NCBI RefSeq assembly: GCF_902713615.1
Contig: NC_052149.1
Span: 152,807,383-152,871,382, forward strand
Reading direction: 5' to 3'
Length of the DNA: 64,000 nucleotides
From: Scyliorhinus canicula
Lineage: Eukaryota
Positions 35,238 to 47,740 of the stretch are shown here, one piece after another; positions within the stretch are counted from its first letter, which is position 1, and each line of letters starts with the position of its first letter. Made by a program: the position numbers and the translations under genes. Under the pieces are notes generated by a model. That model made no database searches and had not been told where the DNA came from. It saw nothing but the letters and a program-made list of their open reading frames with translations.

Positions 35238-35807
35238 AAAATACACAATAGCAACATGTTAAAAATGGATATTTACAAAGTACAGTTTTTGAGTAAAAAA
35301 TAAAAAACAAGAAACCAGAAATTCAACAAATTACAGTAAACTTGTAAGCACCCAGTGTCAAGAGCGTAGTGCAAACACTTTGGATGCAATCTAACAGCCG
35401 CGCCAACATGAATCCGAGCGGGCCGGTTAGATCGTGGGAGATCCTAAAATCGGGAGGCCGGCAGGTGCCAATCGGTTTCCAACCTAACCAACCCGCTCCC
35501 ATTGGTGAGATCTGGATTTCACCGCAGTGTGGTAATAAACCAATAATCACCAATTAAGGCCAACCTACATCCCATTATCAGGAAGAGCCCCCTATCTAAC
35601 AGCCTCCCATGATCTAACCGGCTCCCCGGCGTCCGGTCACGTGGGCGCCCTTTAGCACACCTACTTGAAAACATGAAGCGAGCAAAATGGCCGTTGTGGG
35701 GATTGGAAGAGGTGAGTAGCCATCTTGGAAAATGGACAGTCAGCCCGAGGGCACCAGTGCTCGGGAAGGGGGTGGGGGTCGTGGGGGGGGGAGGATGAGA
35801 TGCACAG

Positions 35808-36764
35808 TGTTGCTCGTTTTACTGGAGTGTGATTAACACACCTCCGTTTAAAGGCCATGTGCTTAACACTACTATAGCTCTGTATGTGTAATTATGCTCG
35901 GAGTCGCCAGGTGCCATATTTAGACACCGTCACAAGTATATCAAGGTCAGGTTCAAAGTAATAAATCTGTACACTGATTAGTAAGTCCAAACGATTGGTG
36001 TTTATTATAACAAATATAATAAATACTCATGCATACGCTAAAGAGACTAACTTACTTCTAATACTAAACAACTAAATACTTATCTAGACAGGAACAGGCA
36101 AGGTCAGGGAACAAGGCCTTCGTCCCGTTCTTGGTCTGCAACTCTCTGAATCGTAAAGTTGTCAAGATCTAGCAAGGTCTGGATCACGTAGCGATCGTTG
36201 TATTGGCACTTACAGTTCGATGGCTGATGGCTCAACGGCTGGTGATGAAAACTGGAGTCAGGATGCGATGTAGCAAGCAAAGCAGAGCAGAGCCGGAGCA
36301 ACAAAACAGACCGAACCATGTGCGGGGTCTATTCTTATAGGTCCTAGAAGTCCGTGCCCCCTTGGGGCGGTTCTTTTACCTGCCAGGTATCGATTGGGCC
36401 TTTTCCCAATCGATATCTTCCAAACCCCCCAATCTGAGGGTCGTTCCTCGATGGGTGGGGCGGTCCCTACGGTTCTTTGTGTTGGTTACTGTGGCGCCAT
36501 TCTGTCTGGGCGTCTACGCAAAAGTATCCATTGATACTTAAATGTTTCTATTGTGCGGGGTCTGGATCTGGATCATCTCATTACTATGATCTGTTCCCAT
36601 TTGCACCTTTGGCTGAAACTCTGCACCTGGCCAAAAACTGGTTTCTGTACGTGCAGAATGCAAATTAGTCTTCTGCAAACTGCTTGTCCTCACTAAGACT
36701 GTTTTTCCCTGCAGCCTTAGCAGTTCTCCATTTTGTAGCCCAGTGTCCATCCTAGATGGCTACA
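35808..36764 (-). repeat. 3' LTR (957 bp, TGTAGC...GCAACA)
   Basis: Starts immediately after the PPT, has TG...CA termini, and its last 75 bp match 44387-44461. Confidence 0.85.
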
Positions 36765-37128
36765 TTCCCTCCTTGTGATCCTCACAAGAAATTGTGAAGG
36801 ATCACCTATGCACGTTTCTTCGAGTGCCTTTGGGTGCCCTCTTTGGGTTCCCTGACCTTAGCAAGTTCCTGGGCGTCTATGCTTCCTTTAACTATGGCAA
36901 GAAAAATTTTATCTCACATTTCTACTTGGCGCTATGTCAAAGGGGACATGCATTACCAATAACCGGGAACCTCTACCTATCACAACTACTATCCTTATCT
37001 CATTTTAAACATTTTATTACAGTCTAAAAACCTTATCCATTCACACCACATTACATATCACTTTCTGACTCGGCAGTCGAGTTCAGAACAATATAATACA
37101 TTAGTGTTTTCTTTATTAACATATTGCT

Positions 37129-37530
37129 TTATTCATCAAGGGGTTGGGGGGATTGGTGAAAACCGAAAATAGGGGATTGAACTCCGTAAATGGTTGAGGG
37201 GCAGGAACGGGAGGCTCTCCTTTTCCATTTCCTCAACCTGAGGGTCTGTACAATTACGCAGAGAATTGCAATCACCAACAGTGATTCAATCACGTACGAC
37301 ATTGAGTACCATGTCATGGATTTTGTGCACCCGGTCTGATCTTCGCTGATCAGAGCTGAGCACGGGGAAGTTGGTGTGAGGGAAACATTAACGGCGGGGG
37401 TTGTGGGGGAAACGTGACTTGCTTCCACATATACAAATACAACAACGTTTAAACTAATAGGTACGCTTCCATCATGGTCTTCTCTTCGTTCTCTTTGTCC
37501 TCTTCCTTCTGTATGGCCGATCCTTGCCAT
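37129..37530 (-). CDS. Small single-pass membrane protein ORF (133 aa) inside the LTR element
   Basis: Hydrophobic YVIESLLVIAILCVIVQTL followed by RLRKWKRR, with a Thr/Pro/Ser-rich region and two Cys upstream. Confidence 0.55.
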   Translation of the reverse strand: MARIGHTEGRGQRERREDHDGSVPISLNVVVFVYVEASHVSPTTPAVNVSLTPTSPCSALISEDQTGCTKSMTWYSMSYVIESLLVIAILCVIVQTLRLRKWKRRASRSCPSTIYGVQSPIFGFHQSPQPLDE

Positions 37531-38785
37531 GAACCTTCTTTCGTCTTTCGAAAGCTATGGGATCAAGCACAGTAACTGTCAATACACAGTTTAATATCCG
37601 TACTTGTTAGTGTATCTGTCCTCTCATTCCAATTGACCCTTAAATGACTGGCCAAGTCACTCCCTGTGACTCCCCTCATTTCTTTTTTCAAATGCGAATT
37701 TAGGAGCAGAAATACACCTAACAACTTTCCTCCTGCGAGCCGTCTCGCAGGCTTTGCAAATTTACCATCCGAATGTTCCTGGATGTAAATAGCATGTGGG
37801 ATGGCGGCCTAAGGGCTACCTAACGAAAAATGAAAGCAAAGTTTTGAAACAAAAGGGTCAATGGGTTGCGTATGGGCCGCTACTGGTAAGATTTGGATGG
37901 GATCCCCGGGTAGGGCGTGCTGTGCCGTACCCGAGCTTGGCTGACCAAAGTGGGTTCTCAGACAGGGCGGGTCCTCAGTGCCGTTTCTCCACTGCCTGAG
38001 TAACCTGGAATGAACGGGCAAGAATGTGTTAACCGTGGGGTTGCAGCCTCTATTCACCGAATAGAGGGGCACCTAAAAACAAGGGAGGAGCCAAGATGCT
38101 CCTTGTGAAAAGTTGAGCTGTGCTCCAGATATTTTAGCTATAATGTGAGGTGGTCACAATCTTTTCAGCTGAAAAGATCTGCAATCAAACCCTTAATATA
38201 TCAACAAGCAAACAAACATAAACTTACAAACAAAACATACGTGCAGGTTCCATCAGAAAGGATATCGCTTCCCTCAAGCGGTTCCTATTTTACATCATCT
38301 GGACACCTCACTTTTCCTCTGTCTCTGTGAACAGGGTCACAAAGGGGTTGCCGTATCTGGAGTCAGACACCATGTCGTCCTGCTCTCCCGGATCCCACAA
38401 CCTTGTGTGGATCAGGCATGCAATTTTGGAATTATGTGACCGGGGGTCACTTTCATCGTTACGGACAAGTCTGTATGAATTGTCCCTGTGCCAAAGTGTG
38501 GGGTCTAAACTTGAATGGGCATTGTCGGTGTAGTTGGGGTCGGGTGGTGGGTCTGGGTATTTAATATAGGTGACTTCCATGGGGTCACTGGAGTCGGGGT
38601 CGTAGTCGCTACAGTGTGGGCTGTAAGGTTGTGTGCTGTGGCTGTCCTCAAAGTCAGTGTCAGTTTCGCTGTCTCTGCTGTGGCAGCTTGTGGGCGTTTC
38701 AGGGCGTGGTCTGAAGCCAGTGGGCGGAGTCATGGGCGAGTCCGATGATGAACTGGTCTGTGAGGGGGATGGTGGAAACGTGTCT

Positions 38786-39643
38786 CTAGTGGGCGGGGCG
38801 AGATGTTCTGCTGCGTCCAGTAAGACATGGTGCGTGGTTAGACTGTGTTCCATATGCCTTCAGTTGGTTAATATGGAACCACGCAGTCTTTCCATTGGGG
38901 TAGTTTATCCTGTAAACTGAGGGGCTAATTTTGTCCGAAATTGAATACGGGCCGGAATATTTTGGTGCCAAAAAACTGCTGGGGTTATACACAGATAGCA
39001 TTACCTGTTGCCCAACCTGAAATTCTGTGGGGTGTACGTTCTTATTAAAGCAGGCTGTGCTTTGTTTGCGTCGTTTTCCCAGTTGAACTGCGGCTGCGAT
39101 CTGTGCAGACCTCACAGTCTCAACTAGGTCTTTAACAGCTTTCTCATGCGTGAGGGCCGTCACTTCAGGGCTAGTCATGTCCAGTCCGAAAAGGAATTCT
39201 GTACCTTTCATAGGGCGTCCGGTCATGAGTGTGTGTGGGGTGAATCCTGTTGATGTTGAAACCGTGTTGCGGATAAACATTAGTGCAAATGGGAGTACCG
39301 AATCCCATGTAGAATTGTTTTCCTGAACCATGTTTCTAAGGGTAGATTTTAGGGTCCGATTCATGCGCTCAACAATCCCGCTGGACTGTGGGTGATATGC
39401 AATGTGAAAATTTTGTTTAATGCCGAATATGGTCAGGACGTTCTTCATGACACGTCCTGTGAAGTGAGATCCCTGGTCCGAATCTATACTTCTGGGTAAA
39501 CCCCATCTCGTGAAGATGTGGTGGGTCAGGATCTTTGCAGCTGTCTTAGCTGTATTCGTTCGTGAGGGGAATGCCTCTACCCATTTGGTAAAGGTATCAA
39601 TTACAACCAGCACGTATTTATAGCCATTCCTACAAGGGGGCAA
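38786..39643 (-). pseudogene. Integrase core and C-terminal region of the LTR element
   Basis: YVLVVIDTFTKWVEAFP, SDQGSHF, YHPQSSGIVERMNRTLK and a GPY motif (KYSGPY). Confidence 0.92.
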
Positions 39644-39786
39644 TGGTCCTATAAAGTCGATCTGGAGGTTTGTCCAGGGGCCATTAACTGGTCGAGTATG
39701 CCGAAGCTGTGCCTTTTTGGAATACCTCTCCGGGTTATTCTGGGCGCAAATAAGGCAATTCTCAATGTAATGGGTTACATCGGTCC

Positions 39787-42500
39787 TTAAATTAGGCCAC
39801 CAACAGAGTTGCCTGAGGTGCCTCGTGGTCGGGTCGATCCTTGGTGTCCATGACCGTCATGGAACAAGGCAATCATTTGATTTCTATCCTGTTGCGGGAC
39901 CACATAAAGCTGGTCCTTGATGATCACACCCTCATGTGTGGTCAGAGCGTGTCGGAACTTATCATACTGGGGCACAAAAGTCTCTTTGAAAATCTCCCTG
40001 AGATCTTCATCCTGCTTCTGTGCCTCGGCTAAATCTTTAATGTCCGTCTGTGAGACTTGAACTGCACTCACAGGGGCGCTAGCTGGTGCGCTAGCTGGGG
40101 GTGTCCAACAGTGTCCTCGCCTGGAACCTGCTTTAGCCAGTGCGTCGGCTTTTACATTTACAGGGGGGGATGACCTATGGTGGCTTCTAACTTTGATAAT
40201 TCCAAAGGTCCTATCGTTCGCTTTGTCTAGGATGTGGCGGAGTAAAGGGGCTGATGGAAGGGGTTTCCTGTCTGCGGAGACAAAACCTCGTGTCCTCCAC
40301 AGGAGTAGAAAATCCGTTAAGCTGTTGCAAACGTATAGACTGTCCGAATATATGTCTGCCGGGCTGGGGAAAGAATCGGGGTGGTCCACTATGTAAGCTA
40401 TGGCCGCGAGCTCTGCTGCCTGCGCGCCTAAGTGACCTGGCAATTTTAAAGCTATTTCTTCGAGTGCGCGACCCTGCGCGTCCTCGACATAGATGCCGCA
40501 TCCAGTGATACGCTCACCATCTAATACTGTGGATGAACCGTCCACGTATATCTTCAGTGGGTCACACGTGTCTGTGTGTTGGGGGCTTTGTCTTGGGTTC
40601 CCTATCTTCCTGGGGGGTGTCTTTGCTATGAAGGGTCCTGTGTTGTGTAGGGGTGCTACAATTTCGCATTCATGGGGCTGTCCTGGATATTGGAAGTTGT
40701 CGGCTAAAAATGTGTGTGTCCGGGTCCGTTTAACCGTAATGTCCCGTCCTTGTAAAAGTAATGTCCACCTAGCTGCCCTAATCTGGCTAACTGAACCGTC
40801 CTTCAGTCGACCGTCTAGGAGTAACTGTGTGGGGGTGTGCTCGGTCAAAATGGTGATGGGGTTGAGTCCGGTAATGTAGGAAAAGTATTGAACTGCCCAG
40901 AAAACTGCTAGGAGGTGCCTCTCGCAGGCTGAAAATCCTTGTTCTACTGGGTCTAAAAGTCTTGAGGCATAAGCCACGGGTCGTTGCTGCTCGTGCCGTT
41001 CCTGGAGTAGTACGGCCGAGAGGATTAGATCAGTGCTCGCTACCTCCATTGCATAGGGGGAGAGTTGGTCTAGGACTTGTAGCGCGGGTGCTGCGCTAAG
41101 GGCTTTCTTTAAATCTTCCACAGCCTCTATATGCTGCGGAAGCCATTCCTATGGGGCTCCTTTCTTAAGGAGGTCTGAGAGTGGGGCTGCCTTTGTCGCG
41201 AATCCATCGATATGGTTCCGACAGTACCCAACCAGTCCTAAGAACGACCGGAGGGCTGAAACATTCTAGGGAAGGGGCAATTTGACAATCGAATCAATCC
41301 TTTTGAATTCGATCTCGCGTTTGCCGTGTGTGATGACTGTACCCAAATACATCACTTTGTTTTCTAATATCTGGGCCTTTCTGGGGTTAACTTTACATCC
41401 GATCAAGATTAAAAGTTCCAGGAGCTCGGCCAGAAGCGTAATGTGCTCTGCCTTTGTGTCTGTCTGCAGTAATAGGTCATCCACATACTGTACCAGACAT
41501 TCGGGTTGGGAAAATTTTACTAAACCATTCGCCAGCTGTCGGTGGAAAATGGAGGGGGAATTGTGGAATCCTTGTGGAAGGCATGTCCACGTATACTGCT
41601 GTCCTTTGAATGTGAAGGCAAATTTGTACTGGCACGCCTTTGCCAATGGGATTGACCAGAAGCCATTGCTAATGTCCAATACCGTGAAATATGTGGAGTG
41701 GAGTCCCTGTTTGAGCATGGTCTCGGGACTTGTTGCTACCGTGGGGGCTACTGCTGGGGTTACTTTGTTGAGCTCCCGATAATCGATGGTCAGACGCCAT
41801 GATCCGTCGGGCTTTCTCACTGGCCAAATAGGAGCATTATTGGTCGAGGCTACTGTTCTAAGTACCCCTTGCTCCAATAAGCTACCTATTACTTTCTCTA
41901 TTTCTCCCTCTGCTTCTAGGGGAAATCTGTATTGTTTCTGTGGTCGGGGGTCAGGTCCGGTAACTTGAACTTGTCCAGTCATTCTGCCGCAGTCGTGCCG
42001 GTGACTGGCAAATGCTGTCCTGTGTTTGTTTAAAACTGCTCTCACTTGTCTGTCCATGTTTAGTGTAGTCAGGTCGAAAGAATATTCGCCTACTGCGCTA
42101 ATCCGATTTGCGTACTCTCCTACTGTGAGAGTAGCGGGTGCTCTGTCTGACCTTGCCATTCGCCAGACACACTGGTTTACTGGGTCGAACGACAGGCTAT
42201 GGGCATTCATAAAGTCTATTCCCAATATGTGTTCTGCTGTACGGGGAAGATTTACTAAAACGACGGGGTGTTTGGTAGAGATGTTCCCTAGCTGGATTGC
42301 TACGGGGGCTGTAATGTGTCCCTGCTGTGAGTGTCCTGTAAAACCGCTAAGTGTGATGGTGGAGGTGGTCGGCCACGTGTCTGCCTGTGCCGTGGTGGTG
42401 GAATTAATAGTGGTGTGGGACCCTCCTGTGTCCCAAAGTAACTCTATGGGCTTCCCCTCTAACCTTTGCTGTGACTACCGGTCTTCCGGATTGATCCCAA
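39787..42500 (-). pseudogene. Protease-RT-connection-RNase H region of pol
   Basis: Track ORFs 41266-42225 and 39787-41121, plus the DTG protease motif near 42430. Confidence 0.92.
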
Positions 42501-42538
42501 AGAGTGTCACAGACCCAAGTGGGGGAGCCCGAACACCG

Positions 42539-44197
42539 TCAGTCCGTTCCGTCCACATTGGTCTGTCCTGACTGTATCCCTATACTATGGATAGGCTTTG
42601 CTCTATTTCTGTTCAGAGTGCCTGTCTGCTGGCCTCTCTGTGATCTTTGGGGTGCATTGCATTCCTTTGCAAAATGTCCTAATTGGCCACAGTTGTAGCA
42701 TTCGAGCGACTTCTGTGGAGGGCTGTTCTTCCCTTCATTTACCCATGCGGGGCTTTGGTGTGCTCTCACTGCCTGAATGTCCGCTGCAGCCTGAGCTTCA
42801 TCTGGGGTCTTTATTTTAATTTTGCCCTGAACCGATTGTTCCCAAGCGCGGGACAATCTTTTCAGAACCCATTTCTCGTTATGGGCCTCTTCTGAGGGGG
42901 TCATAGCTATTGCAAGCACTCTGTCCTGCATCTGTGGCATGGGAAATTATGGTGCGCGTCCATTTAACCATGTTGTCACGGTTCAAATGCGCTCGGTTTA
43001 AATCGCCGAAAACTGCGTTGAAATGGATCCACAGCCTTCCTGCAAATGCTGTGGGGTGCTCTGTTTCCTTTTGTCTGCATTTGTTTAGTCCTTCAACTGG
43101 GTCTCCTCGGTTATACCCTATTGCATCTAAAATGGAGGTGTGCATTTCCTCTAGTGTGCCTCCTCCAACGTTCTGTGGGTCGGGGAGGGCTGCTACTACA
43201 GACGGGTCTAAGCTCAGAACCGTGAGCTTAACCTGCTCTCTCTCGTCCAGGCCGTACATGGTTGCCTGCTGTTTCACTTTCACGAAAAATTGGTGGGGGT
43301 CTGCGGTGGGGAGAAACGGAGTGATTTCTCACACGCGTCCCTGAGTTGGGTTACAGTTAAGGGGATGGTGTAGGTGATATCGGGTGCGCCTTCTGTAGTC
43401 GCTTTCCTTTGGGTGGTGACTGGATTCATAGGTGCGGTAGCTATTTGATCTGTGGGGGGTTGGGGTGCTTTCCTTTTCTGCTGCGCTGCTGGCGCACATG
43501 TTCCTTGAACATAGCGCTGCGCTGTCTCACTTAATTCCTGCCAGTCTGGGGCATTCTCCTCATCTAGCTGTGTTCCAAAAGTGCTTTGGAACCCATTCTG
43601 TACGGAAAGCAGAGATTGCAGCTTCGCAATCTGCTTCCTACATTTGGCATGATCCACTGTGCTTTGTCTTTGCTCAGTAGTGGCAGCATGGAGTGCTCTT
43701 AACGCTGCCTTAAGGTCAGAGCATTGCCTCTGCAATGCCTCTACCTGCTTTTCCGATTCCTCTCTTATCAGGACGGCACATTGCACGTCCTGATAGGCCT
43801 TTTCGTACTGGGTCTGGGAACTGCTCAGATGGGCTAGACATGACTGATGTGCCCTCTTGGCATCATCCACCTCTCTACCCTTCTCTGCCAGCTTCCCTCT
43901 TAGTTCCATGTTTTCCTTTTCTATGTCCCTGACATCAACTTTGCTCATCCTATTTCTCTCTTCTAATTCTGCTCGGAGCGTCTGAACGACCTCCTCAGTG
44001 CCTCGCAACTGTGCCAAACAGGACACGATTGCCATCGGCTTGCGTGCTTTACTTAAGTTCTTTTTATGAATTTGAGAGAGGTTCTCCCACCAAGTATGTC
44101 CTATACTTCCGGGACCTGTCTCCTCATTCATACTGAACTCGTTCCAAAGGGGCCATCCCTTTCCTTTCAGATACTTGCGGAGTTCCAGCTCCCACAC
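42539..44197 (-). pseudogene. gag (coiled-coil N-terminus, capsid-like region, single CCHC knuckle), split by frameshifts
   Basis: Three consecutive ORFs: 44197-43280, 43283-42879 and 42940-42539. CCHC is in the last. Confidence 0.85.
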
Positions 44198-44386
44198 GGG
44201 ACACTTACAACCCTGTTAATACGTATGCACAAAACACACTTCCGAATTATCTTTATTGGTTTGAACACCTTGATTACTTGTGATTTTTCCTTTTTCTTTA
44301 CTCAGATTTCTAATTCAAATTTCTGGGTCCTTGACGGAGTGGGGGTGCCACTTGTAACCTTGTCCCGTCAGGAAGTCGCCACTAAA

Positions 44387-44461
44387 TGTTGCACGTTTTA
44401 CTGGAGTGTGATTAACACGCCTCCGTTTAAAGGCCGTGTGCTTAACACTACTATAGCTCTG
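44387..44461 (-). repeat. Residual 75 bp of the 5' LTR
   Basis: 72/75 identity with 35808-35882, adjacent to the PBS-like sequence. Confidence 0.9.
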
Positions 44462-44716
44462 CACAGCGCCCGCGAGTTTGACATGCCATCTCCCGGACCA
44501 TGTACACCCATACCAGGGGCAACTTTAGCTCCTTCCTGTCCGTCCCACCGAAAACCCCCAGGACAGAGCCCTATCCATGATAATATGGTGCAGGTCACTT
44601 TAACCCCCACTAACCGTGCCAGCCTCTGACCACACAGCTGAAAGCTATCTCTAATAGGGCGTTGGCAATGTTAGTAATGTGAGCACTTCAAAGCTCACAA
44701 GAGGATTGCCATAGTT

Positions 44717-44907
44717 TTTTTTTTTTAATAATTTTTATTGTGAAATTTTGATTTTATACAACAATAACGCACCTTAGTAAAATACCGAAAATAACAATAA
44801 TATTAACAATCATATACATTTGCCCCATCCCCATGAACAACCCAACATTTTAACAACAACGCAAATTAACACACTATAAAGTTACAGAATAAACACTACA
44901 ATAATGC

Positions 44908-44948
<41 letters not shown>

Positions 44949-46177
44949 GTTGCTGCTGCTATTGACCCAGTTACCTATCTCTGAGCCAGGAAGTCCAGAA
45001 AAGGCTGCCATCGTTTATAGAACCCTTGTGTTGATCCTCTCAGGGCAAATTTGACCTTTTCCAATTTTATAAATGCCGCCATGTCACTGATCCAGGTCTC
45101 CACGCTTGGGGGCCTCGCATCCTTCCACTGTAGCAGAATCCTTCGACGGGCTACTAGGGACGCAAAGGCCAGGACCCCGGCCTCTTTCGCCTCCTGCACT
45201 CCCGGCTCCACCCCAACCCCAAAAATCGCGAGTCCCCACCCTGGCTTGACCCTGGATCCCACCACCCTCGACACCGTCCCCGCCACCCCCTTCCAGAATT
45301 CTTCCAGTGCTGGGCATGCCCAGAACATATGGGCGTGGTTCGCAGGACTCCCCGAACATCTGGTGCACCTGTCCTCACCCCCGAAGAACCTACTCATCCT
45401 AGTCCCGGACATGTGGGCCCGGTGCAGCACCTTAAATTGGATGAGACTAAGCCTCGCACATGAGGAGGAAGAGTTGACTCTCTCCAAGGCCTCCGCCCAC
45501 GTCCCGTCCTCTATCTGCTCCCCGAGTTCCTCCTCCCATTTAGCCTTCAGCTCCTCCACTGACGACTCCTCCACCTCCTGCATTACCTTATAGATGTCAG
45601 ACACCTTCCCCTCTCCTACCCACACCCCCGAAAGCACTCTGTCCATCGTCCCCTGCGAGAGCAGCAAAGGGAATCCCTCTACCTGTCGCCTAGCAAACGC
45701 CTTTACCTGCAGGTATCTGAACATGTTCCCCTGGGGCAGGCCAAATTTATCTTCCAGTTCCCCCAGGCCCGCAAACCTCCCGCCAATAAACAGGTCCCTC
45801 AATTTGCTGATGCCCGCCCTTTGCCATCCCCTGAATCCCCCATCCGTGTTCCCCGGGATGAACCGATGGTTGCCACCCAGTGGAGCCCCCTGTTTCCCCC
45901 CGATGCCGTCTTCACTGTCCCCAGATTCTTAGGGTCGCCGCCACCACCGGGCTCGTGGTAACCCTCTTGGGGGAGAGCGGCAACGGTGCCGTTACCATGG
46001 CACCCAGGCTCGTACCTCTACATGACGCCATCTCCATTCTTTTCCACGCCGCCCCTCCCCCCCTCCATCACCCATTTACGCACCATTGACACATTGGCTG
46101 CCCAATAGTACCCCAGAAGGTTGGGCAGCGCCAGCCCGCCTCTATCCCTTCCTCGCTCCAGGAACACCCTCCTCACT
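44717..46177 (-). mobile_element. 5'-truncated young L1/Tx1-like LINE
   Basis: PolyA (T-run near 44717) and 15-bp TSD AGGATTGCCATAGTT at 44702-44716 and 46178-46192. Open C-terminal ORF2 with CTRC...HMFWAC. Confidence 0.92.
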
Positions 46178-46974
46178 AGGATTGCCATAGTTGACATGCC
46201 ATGTCACAGGCGAGTGTGACTGCCCAGCATCCCAATCAGTTTTTGCGGCCTGGACACCTTGCCTGAACATTGAAGGCTGCACCATCGCAAGGGCAGTAGC
46301 CACCAAGCATATACCCTCGAGCTGGGCCACAGCACTGAGGATACTCCCGCAGCCAGAGAGTGGATGTGTATCGGGGAGGGAGATGGGGTACCCAGTTCTG
46401 TTCCCAGTGGGGTCTGGTGTCCAGGCTCTCAGGTTCAGTGCCTTGGAGCCCCTGCTGTTGCCGGGGGTGTGGGTGCAAAACAGGTTCCCCCAGCACAAGT
46501 GGATCGTTGGATAGCATCCTGAGAGATGGCAGGGAATGTAAGGATGGGGGAGGTTTGGGGGATTTGAGGGTAACGGGTGGAAGCCTTAATTAATTGTCAG
46601 TCTCACACCCTGTCCAATACCTTACAGATAGAGGCATACAAAATGATCAGAGGGTTAGATAGGGTGGACAGCGAGAGCCTTCTCCCGCGGATGGAGGTGG
46701 CTAGCACGAGGGGACATAGCCTTAAATTGAGGGGTAATAGATATAGGACAGAGGTCAGAGGTGGGTTTTTTACGCAAAGAGTGGTGAGGCCGTGAAATGC
46801 CCTACCTGCAACAGTAGTGAACACGCCAACATTGAGGGCATTTAAAAATTTATTGGATAAGCATATGGATGATAAGGGCATAGTGTAGGTTAGATGGCCT
46901 TTAGATTTTTTCCATGTCGGTGCAACATCGAGGGCCGAAGGGCCTGTACTGCGCTGTATCGTTCTATGTTCTAG

Positions 46975-47740
46975 ATACCACATTATGGATGATATTGCGA
47001 ACCTGGCAGCAGCTGCCCCGCTGTGGCGTTGGCAGTCCAGGCGGCCAGGCGGCAGAGAAGATGGCAGCAGCTGCCGACAAAGGCCCGAGGTGGCAGCCCA
47101 TGTGCAGGGGCCCACCCTACACCCTGAGGACCTGACCGCTCATCAGGCCAGGGACGGACCCAGAGGGGGAGGCCAGCGACGGCCCAAGGTGTACAGGTCT
47201 TTCGAAGAGATGTCGGACAGCATGTGCCAGAGGAGGCTGCGTCTCGACAAGAAGAAGGTGTCCTTGCGGACTTGGTGGGCGTGAAGGTCACTGCAGCCAT
47301 GAACCTCTATGCCTCGGGGTCATTCCCAGGCTTCATATCCCAACCAACAGCCCACAAGTTCATCCGTGAAGTCACGGATGCCCTGTAGGTCCGGGCAGCT
47401 GACCATATCAACTTTGACCTGGACCAAGCCCATTAAGATGTCCAGGCATCTCCACTATCGCCGGGTTGCCCCAAGTCCAGTGGGTAATCGATGGCACGCA
47501 TGTCGCATTGCATGCACCGGGTGGATCTGGAGCGCTTTTCATTAACAGGATGGGGTTCCACTCCCTAAACATCCAAGCTGTGTGTGACCACCACCTGATG
47601 ATCATGCATGTGTGCACACGATTTCCAGGGATTGTGCATGACTGCTACATCCTGGGGCAATTCAGATCCCCGACCTTGTCAAGGGGCACCCCAGGATGAC
47701 CAGTTTGCTCTTGGGAGATAAGGGATACCCGCTGAGGACT
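46975..47740 (+). pseudogene. PIF/Harbinger (HARBI1-like) transposase remnant
   Basis: NLYASGSF, IDGTHV, GFHSLNIQAVCDH, RFPGIVHDCYIL and GDKGYPL, spread across frameshifts. Confidence 0.85.

Larger units (their letters stand above)
35808..44461 (-). mobile_element. Retrovirus-like LTR element (gag-PR-RT-tether-RNase H-IN, accessory ORFs, no env), frameshifted
   Basis: Gag with CYNCGQLGHFAKEC; PR LLWDTGG; RT LPQGFHNSP and YVDD; RH YVDGS..AEL..SDS; IN CLIC, IDTF..DSDQG..ERMNRTLK. PBS-like TGGCGAC at ~44382, PPT AAGGAGGGAA at 36774-36765, 5-bp TSD CACAG (35803-35807, 44462-44466). Confidence 0.92.
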
